A stretch of DNA of 63,980 nucleotides, counting the filler, from Licmophora abbreviata (Eukaryota), in assembly GCA_900291995.1 (NCBI GenBank). It is 17 parts of 17 records of this genome, joined end to end, with 100 filler letters (N's around TTAATTAATTAA, not from the genome) between each part and the next. Parts side by side here need not be neighbours in the genome. Positions count along the whole stretch, not along the records: positions 52,662 to 59,702 come from OLMU01004744.1; positions 59,803 to 62,872 come from OLMU01004745.1; positions 62,973 to 63,980 come from OLMU01004778.1; 14 more parts are not named here. One strand, 5' to 3'. Positions 58,572-63,980 of this stretch are shown one piece after another. Under the pieces are notes generated by a model. That model saw nothing but the letters and a program-made list of their open reading frames with translations, was not told the DNA's origin and did no database searches. The translations under genes and the position numbers were made by a program. The first letter of the stretch is position 1, and each line of letters opens with the position of its first letter.

Positions 58572-59588
58572 ATGCAGAAGTTACTTGGCTGCACGACCGT
58601 GGCCGCAATCAGCCTTGCATTCGCCACCGAAGCACTCGCGACTGAATGGAATGTATCGCTTTGGGGAAAGCGCCGGGCGTTCACCGAGCATGTCGAAAAG
58701 CTTGCTGAACTGGTCAGCGAGAAAACCAATGGCGAATTCACGCTGAACATCAGCTATGGGGGTCTGTCGAATAACCGCGAGAACCTTGACGGCATCAGCA
58801 TCGGCGCCTTCGAGATGGCGCAGTTTTGTGCCGGCTATCACCGGGACAAGAACCCGTCGATCACCGTGCTGGAGCTGCCGTTCCTCGGGGTCGAGACGCT
58901 GGAGCAGGAACGCAAGCTGTCCATGGCGCTCTATGACCTACCCGCCGTCAAAGAGGATCTGGGGCGCTGGAACGCGACGCTTCTGATGCCATCGCCCATG
59001 CCGCAATACAACCTTGTCGGTATGGGTGAGCCGCCGCGCAGCCTCGAAGAATTCGCGGGGCTGAGTGTCCGGGCAACGGGTGGCATCGGTGCGGCGATGG
59101 AGGCCGTGGGCGCGGTGCCCACATCGATGTCGGCCACCGAAGTGCGCCAGTCGTTGGACAGCGGCGTGATTACCGCAGCCTCGTTCGCTCCGCACGCGCA
59201 TATGGCTTTTGGCACGATCGAGAACGCGACATGGTGGACGACCAATCTCAACCCCGGCACGGTGAACTGCCCGGTGGTGGCCAATACCGATGCGTTGAAC
59301 GATCTGCCGGACGCACATCGCGAGGCGCTGCTGGGGTCGATCGACGAGGCCCTCGACCATTATGTCGATTATTACACGAACGAGACGATGAAAGCCTGGG
59401 GCCCTGCGCTGGATGAGCGTGGCATTGAACGCATCAGCTATGACGCCGATGCGCTTGCCGCCTTTGAAGGTGCTGTTGCCGGACCTGCAGCCAAAGCCTG
59501 GATCGAGGACATGAGCGCCCGCGGTCTGCCGGCACAGGAGCTGTATGATTTCGCGACCAGCAAGCTGGCGGAACTCAAGGGCCAGTGA
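58572..59588 (+). CDS. dctP: TRAP transporter substrate-binding protein
   Basis: Signal peptide, ENLDGISIGAFEMA, LELPF, GLSVRA (conserved Arg), EVRQSLDSGVI. Confidence 0.9.
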   Translation: MQKLLGCTTVAAISLAFATEALATEWNVSLWGKRRAFTEHVEKLAELVSEKTNGEFTLNISYGGLSNNRENLDGISIGAFEMAQFCAGYHRDKNPSITVLELPFLGVETLEQERKLSMALYDLPAVKEDLGRWNATLLMPSPMPQYNLVGMGEPPRSLEEFAGLSVRATGGIGAAMEAVGAVPTSMSATEVRQSLDSGVITAASFAPHAHMAFGTIENATWWTTNLNPGTVNCPVVANTDALNDLPDAHREALLGSIDEALDHYVDYYTNETMKAWGPALDERGIERISYDADALAAFEGAVAGPAAKAWIEDMSARGLPAQELYDFATSKLAELKGQ

Positions 59589-59616
59589 CACCGGGTCGTT
59601 CCGATCGAGGATGAAC

Positions 59617-59654
59617 GTCCACCGCGCCGGGCTGTTTTGACCGGCGCGGTGGAC
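59617..59654 (+). other. 14-bp perfect intercistronic hairpin after dctP
   Basis: GTCCACCGCGCCGG-N10-CCGGCGCGGTGGAC with no U-tract; likely an mRNA stabiliser. Confidence 0.7.
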
Positions 59655-59685
59655 ATGCAGACTATCCGGAAAAAAGGGGACCGAT

Positions 59686-60442
59686 ATGGCAGGTGTTGCA
59701 TCNNNNNNNNNNNNNNNNNNNNNNNNNNNNNNNNNNNNNNNNNNNNTTAATTAATTAANNNNNNNNNNNNNNNNNNNNNNNNNNNNNNNNNNNNNNNNNN
59801 NNAGGTGTTGCATCAGTACTGTCAGATGATAGCCGACTCAGCCGTCTGGATCGTGGCTTTTACAGGCTGGAACGGTTCTTCGCACTGCTGAGCGGTATCG
59901 CCGTGTTCGTCTTGATGCTGCTGGCCGTATACTCGGTGACGGGTCGCAACATTTTTAACCAACCTTTGCCGGGCTATGTGGATTGGATCGAACAGATCAT
60001 GCCGCTTATCGCCTTCATGGGCGTGTCCTATACGCAGCGTGACGGCGGACATATCCGCATGGATATTCTGGTCGGCGCATTGAAGGGGCGCGCGCTGTAT
60101 CTGGCCGAGTTCATCACCACATTCGCGATCCTGATCCTGATGCTTCTGCTGGTCTGGGGAAGTTGGGCGCATTTCGAGCGCAGCTTCGATTTTTCGTCGC
60201 CGCTCTGGAGCAGGGACAGTTCGATGGATATCGCACTTCCGCTTTGGCCGGCGAAACTGCTGGCGCCAGTGGCGTTCTCGGTGCTCTGCGTTCGTCTTGT
60301 TCTGCAGCTTTGGGGATACATGCGGGCCTTTGTACAGGGCATGGATGAACCGGTCGGTGTTCCGCTGGTGCTGGATGCCGCGACCGTGGCTGCGCGCGAG
60401 GCCGAGCATGTGAGCCGCCGCGAAGATGAAGGGGCCAACTGA
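59686..60442 (+). CDS. dctQ: TRAP small permease (spans a gap; contig ends overlap by 12 nt)
   Basis: Four TM helices, GGHIRMDIL. Confidence 0.9.
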
Positions 60443-61842
60443 TGGAACCTATCGATATCGGCCTTGTCGTGACCGGTGGACTGCTGGTTTTCGTGGTTCT
60501 CGGGATGCGTGTTGCCTTTGCCGCCGGGCTCGCCGGTTTGGTCGGGCTGATCTGGATCTTCTGGTCCAAGAAGGGCTATGATCCCGACGAATTCGGCTGG
60601 GCGCTGACGGTTGCAGCCAAGACGGCAGGTCAGGTGCCGCATTCCAAGGTCAGTTCGCAGGCGCTCAGTCTGATCCCCACCTTTATCCTGATCGGCTATC
60701 TGGCCTATTACGCCGGGCTGACCCGGGCGCTTTTCGAGGCGTCCAAGCGATGGATCGCCTGGGTTCCTGGTGGCCTTGCGGTATCGACGGTCTTTGCCAC
60801 CGCGGGCTTTGCTGCAGTTTCCGGCGCAAGCGTCGCCACCGCGGCCGTGTTTGCGCGCATCGCCATCCCGGAGATGCTCAAGATCGGCTATGACAAGAAA
60901 TTCGCCGCCGGTGTCGTGGCGGCGGGCGGCACTCTGGCCAGTCTGATCCCGCCCTCGGCGATCCTTGTGATCTATGCGATCATCGTCGAACAGGATGTGG
61001 GCAAGCTGCTTCTGGCGGGGTTCATTCCCGGAGTATTCTCGGCGCTGGTCTATGCGATTCTGATTATCGGTATGGCCCTGACGATCAAGGGTTTCGGGCC
61101 GCCGGTTGGGGGCTTTTCGTGGCGTGAGCGGTTCGAATGTCTTCCCGCGGCCCTGCCGATCGTTCTGGTCGTCGTGACCATCGTCTTTTTCGTCTACAAC
61201 CCGTTTGGCGGGGATGCTTGGGGTACGCCTACCGAAGGCGGGGCAATCGGCGCGTTCATTGTGTTCCTGATGGCGGTGTATCGGGGCATGAGATGGGCCG
61301 AACTAAAGGATGCGCTTCTGGAGACGGCAAAGCTGAGCGTGATGATTTTCACCATCATCTGGGGTGTTCTGATCTATGTGCGGTTTCTGGGCTTTGCGGA
61401 ATTGCCAAGCGCCTTTGCGGACTGGATCACGTCACTGACCATGTCGCCCATGGTGATCCTGATCTGCATTCTCTTGGCCTATGCGGTGCTTGGAATGTTC
61501 ATGGATGCTATCGGTATGCTTCTTCTGACGCTGCCCGTTGTCTATCCTGCGGTCATGGCGCTGAACGGCGGCGTATATGTCTCTGCCGAGGACAGCGCAT
61601 TCGGAATGTCTGGACCGATGTGTGCGATCTGGTTCGGCATCCTCGTGGTGAAGATGGCCGAGTTCTGCTTGATAACACCGCCTATCGGGCTGAACTGTTT
61701 TGTCGTGGCCGGCGTCAGGCCCGATCTGAGCGTGCAGGACGTGTTCAAGGGCGTCACGCCGTTTTTCATCGCGGATGGCATCACCATCGCCCTTTTGGTC
61801 AGTTTCCCGATGATCGTGCTATGGCTGCCGGGCTTGGCCTGA
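60442..61842 (+). CDS. dctM: TRAP large permease
   Basis: FAAVSGASVA, GGTLASLIPPS, TPTEGGA, LITPPIGLN. Confidence 0.94.
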   Translation: MEPIDIGLVVTGGLLVFVVLGMRVAFAAGLAGLVGLIWIFWSKKGYDPDEFGWALTVAAKTAGQVPHSKVSSQALSLIPTFILIGYLAYYAGLTRALFEASKRWIAWVPGGLAVSTVFATAGFAAVSGASVATAAVFARIAIPEMLKIGYDKKFAAGVVAAGGTLASLIPPSAILVIYAIIVEQDVGKLLLAGFIPGVFSALVYAILIIGMALTIKGFGPPVGGFSWRERFECLPAALPIVLVVVTIVFFVYNPFGGDAWGTPTEGGAIGAFIVFLMAVYRGMRWAELKDALLETAKLSVMIFTIIWGVLIYVRFLGFAELPSAFADWITSLTMSPMVILICILLAYAVLGMFMDAIGMLLLTLPVVYPAVMALNGGVYVSAEDSAFGMSGPMCAIWFGILVVKMAEFCLITPPIGLNCFVVAGVRPDLSVQDVFKGVTPFFIADGITIALLVSFPMIVLWLPGLA

Positions 61843-61882
61843 GCATGTCGGGGTCGCGACGGTCAAGGCCGCCCGCGCGCAA

Positions 61883-62329
61883 TCAACGCAAGTCTCGGAT
61901 ATGGCGTGCAACGAAAGCGGCATCGCCGGAACTGGCCAACAACTCGGCGGCTTGCTCCGCCGAGGCCCAGATCACGCTATGGCCCGGTTCTGTAGGTTCC
62001 GAGAGCTGCAGGACTGGCGTTGCCACGAAGATCGTGCAGATCTTTTCCGCCCAGATGTCATATTCCGGCATGTAGGCGAAACGGCGATACACGCCAAGCC
62101 GCCGGGCGCCGGCAATCTTCCAGCCGGTTTCCTCGCGCACCTCACGGTGCAGCGCTTGCAGGGGGGACTCGCCGGGATCGATGCCGCCGCCCGGCAGTTG
62201 CAACTCGGGCTCTGGCGCTTCTTGGAAGGTCAGCAGAAGGCCTGCGTCACTTGGCAGTATGGCATAGACGCCGGGGCGCGGACGGTAGGCCTGATGACGC
62301 ACAGGGGGCGTGCCGAATCTGGGGGTCAT
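61883..62329 (-). CDS. NUDIX hydrolase
   Basis: Nudix box GGGIDPGESPLQALHREVREETG. Confidence 0.92.
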   Translation of the reverse strand: MTPRFGTPPVRHQAYRPRPGVYAILPSDAGLLLTFQEAPEPELQLPGGGIDPGESPLQALHREVREETGWKIAGARRLGVYRRFAYMPEYDIWAEKICTIFVATPVLQLSEPTEPGHSVIWASAEQAAELLASSGDAAFVARHIRDLR

Positions 62330-62405
62330 GCGGGGGCTCTCCGTTTCCTGATCCTTGGCCTTGCGTCGCATAATGCGCTTGCAATAGCCAGCGCGTGATA
62401 CCGTG

Positions 62406-62651
62406 TCAGCCGCCCTTGAGGCGCGCCAGAAGCACGACTTCGCTGTCGTCCTTGATCGGCGTGAACCAGCTGTCGTTGTAGATCCGTCCGTCGATGGCGA
62501 CTGACACGCCGCGATCCAGTTGCGGACGCATTCCGGGATAGCGGTCTGCCAGAGCATCCAGCAATTCCCGCAGGGTCGACGCGTCGATCTCGACCTCGCT
62601 TTTGTCGTCGGTCGCGGCCTTCAGAGAGCCGAAGATCTGCACCTTGACCAT
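62406..62651 (-). CDS. MoaD/ThiS sulfur-carrier family protein
   Basis: 81-aa beta-grasp protein ending in GG. Confidence 0.88.
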   Translation of the reverse strand: MVKVQIFGSLKAATDDKSEVEIDASTLRELLDALADRYPGMRPQLDRGVSVAIDGRIYNDSWFTPIKDDSEVVLLARLKGG

Positions 62652-62657
62652 GGCGTG

Positions 62658-62872
62658 TCAGGACTGACCCGACCGGATCGCCGCCAGCAGCTTGGGCGGT
62701 GACATCGGCAGGCTTGTCATGCGAACCCCTGCTGCATCGGACACGGAATTGGCAACCGCCGCCAAGGGCGGCACGATCGAGGTTTCGCCAACTCCGCGCA
62801 CGCCGTAAGGGTGGCCGGGATTGGGAATTTCCAGAATGACCGTGTCGATCATCGGCAGGTCCGAGGCCACGG
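62658..62872 (-). CDS. Xanthine dehydrogenase-family molybdopterin subunit, 3' end
   Basis: HPYGVRGVGETSIVPPLAAVANSVSDAAGVRMTSLPMSP. Confidence 0.88.
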
Positions 62873-62972
62873 NNNNNNNNNNNNNNNNNNNNNNNNNNNN
62901 NNNNNNNNNNNNNNNNTTAATTAATTAANNNNNNNNNNNNNNNNNNNNNNNNNNNNNNNNNNNNNNNNNNNN

Positions 62973-63835
62973 TCATTGTCGTTGGTTGTCAGCATGGTCG
63001 TAAGAGCGTCCTCGAATTCCTCGCTGACGGGCAACGCTACGTCGTCCGGGGCAGTCACAGACGGGGGTACGGAAGGAGCTTCCTCATCCGTGCTAATAGT
63101 CCCATGTTTCATTGCAGTAGTTGCCGTCCTTGCCTGCCCAGCGTTCGTCTTGGCCGTCTCGTAGGGATTGTATCCAAGCTTCGCGGTATGCTCTGACTCG
63201 TCCTTCTTCGCAGCCGCAATGGCTTGTTTCGCCTCCTCTGACATTGGTTCGGTAGATCCCTGTTGCGACGGCACTGGTATTTCTTTCTTTCCCTGCCACG
63301 CTCCCGATTCCTTTTTGGCGATCGGTTTGGTCCACTTCTTGTTGGCCTTCTCCCTTGCTTCTGCCGCTGCAATGACAGCCTGCTTGCGCGAAAACGCCTC
63401 GGCCGACGCTTGCGATGCAGAGGTCGTCGACTTTGCCTTGATGCGCCGTACGTCAAAGACAAGAGGCCTCCGATCGGACGCCGCCATGGCAATGAACTGA
63501 TCGTACATGATTTCTTCTTCTCCATCGGATCCCGCATGACACAAGATATCACCGCGTTGCAAGCCCGCCGCGTCCGCCTGACTGCCCGACACCACCATGC
63601 TGACAATCGCGGTTCCTTGAGAGTTGGGCCGTTTCTCAATTTTCAATCCTAGCGATCCAGGCTGCTCCAGTGTTACGGAAATCAATCGTCCCGGTCGACT
63701 TCCGCCCAAGCTCTGTCCTTCGCCTCCGAACGTGCGATTGCCTTTTCCGACTCGAGCGAGAGGATTCTGAAAGGGCTGCTGATTCTTCTTTTTCTTCTGT
63801 TTGTCATCCTTGTTCTTATTGAAAAAGTTGTTCAT
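62973..63835 (-). CDS. Eukaryote-like protein with an SHP box and a PDZ domain; 3' end truncated
   Basis: FGGEGQSLGG (SHP box); PGSLGLKI...VVSGSQADAAGLQRGDIL...RPLVFDVRR (PDZ). Lower GC and relaxed third-position codon use compared with contigs 1-16. Confidence 0.72.
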
Positions 63836-63980
63836 AGCTTCAGTCTACTGTCAAGTGGTAGGAGGAGCAGAATGAATGGGAATAGCAGCAGTAACAACGA
63901 CTACACTATAGCAACACAGTGGTGGCGAACGCAGTCACAAACCTTCCTTCTCATTCTTGACGGGTCGTGCTAAGCGACTC

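Noticed and set aside
62973..63980. Eukaryote-to-bacterium horizontal transfer
   Set aside because: The segment is separated from bacterial DNA by an artificial linker. Physical linkage is not shown, and co-assembly is the simpler explanation.

Overview
This window is not one continuous molecule. It is 17 contigs joined by 16 identical 100-nt linkers (about 44 N + TTAATTAATTAA + about 44 N, a six-frame stop spacer). Contigs 1-16 (1..62872) are high-GC Rhodobacteraceae (Roseobacter-group) chromosome, mostly in plausible genomic order. They hold the 3' end of a Hint-domain gene, a complete C-P lyase phosphonate cluster (phnCDEE, acetyltransferase, phnM-like, phnF, phnGHIJKLN, DUF1045, phnM) and an FAH-family hydrolase. 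Next come a TDT/SLAC1 channel with a periplasmic DsrE-like protein, mcd, and the pckA/chvIG-hprK-rapZ-EIIA-HPr-acyltransferase-hbd-etfAB backbone. After that are two orphan glycosyltransferases, parC, DUF898 + M48 peptidase, a P450, the start of tuf, a Meh + Mct mesaconyl-CoA gene pair, secE-nusG, rplJL-rpoBC, dctBD-dctPQM, NUDIX, MoaD and a molybdoenzyme 3' end. Contig 17 (62973..63980) is lower-GC and looks eukaryotic (SHP box + PDZ protein), which suggests an algal-culture or mixed assembly. Five genes, including rpoC and etfB, carry single-base run-length frameshifts that look like sequencing error. The strongest leads are: (i) the Meh/Mct pair from the 3-hydroxypropionate bi-cycle in an organism that also has ethylmalonyl-CoA pathway Mcd; (ii) an antisense 2H-phosphoesterase gene embedded between phnN and phnM, a possible non-contiguous operon; (iii) a DctD lacking GAFTGA next to an intact DctD-type palindrome; (iv) the TDT + DsrE module; (v) several short intergenic repeat arrays. 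All family assignments come from motif recognition and recall; no database search was run.
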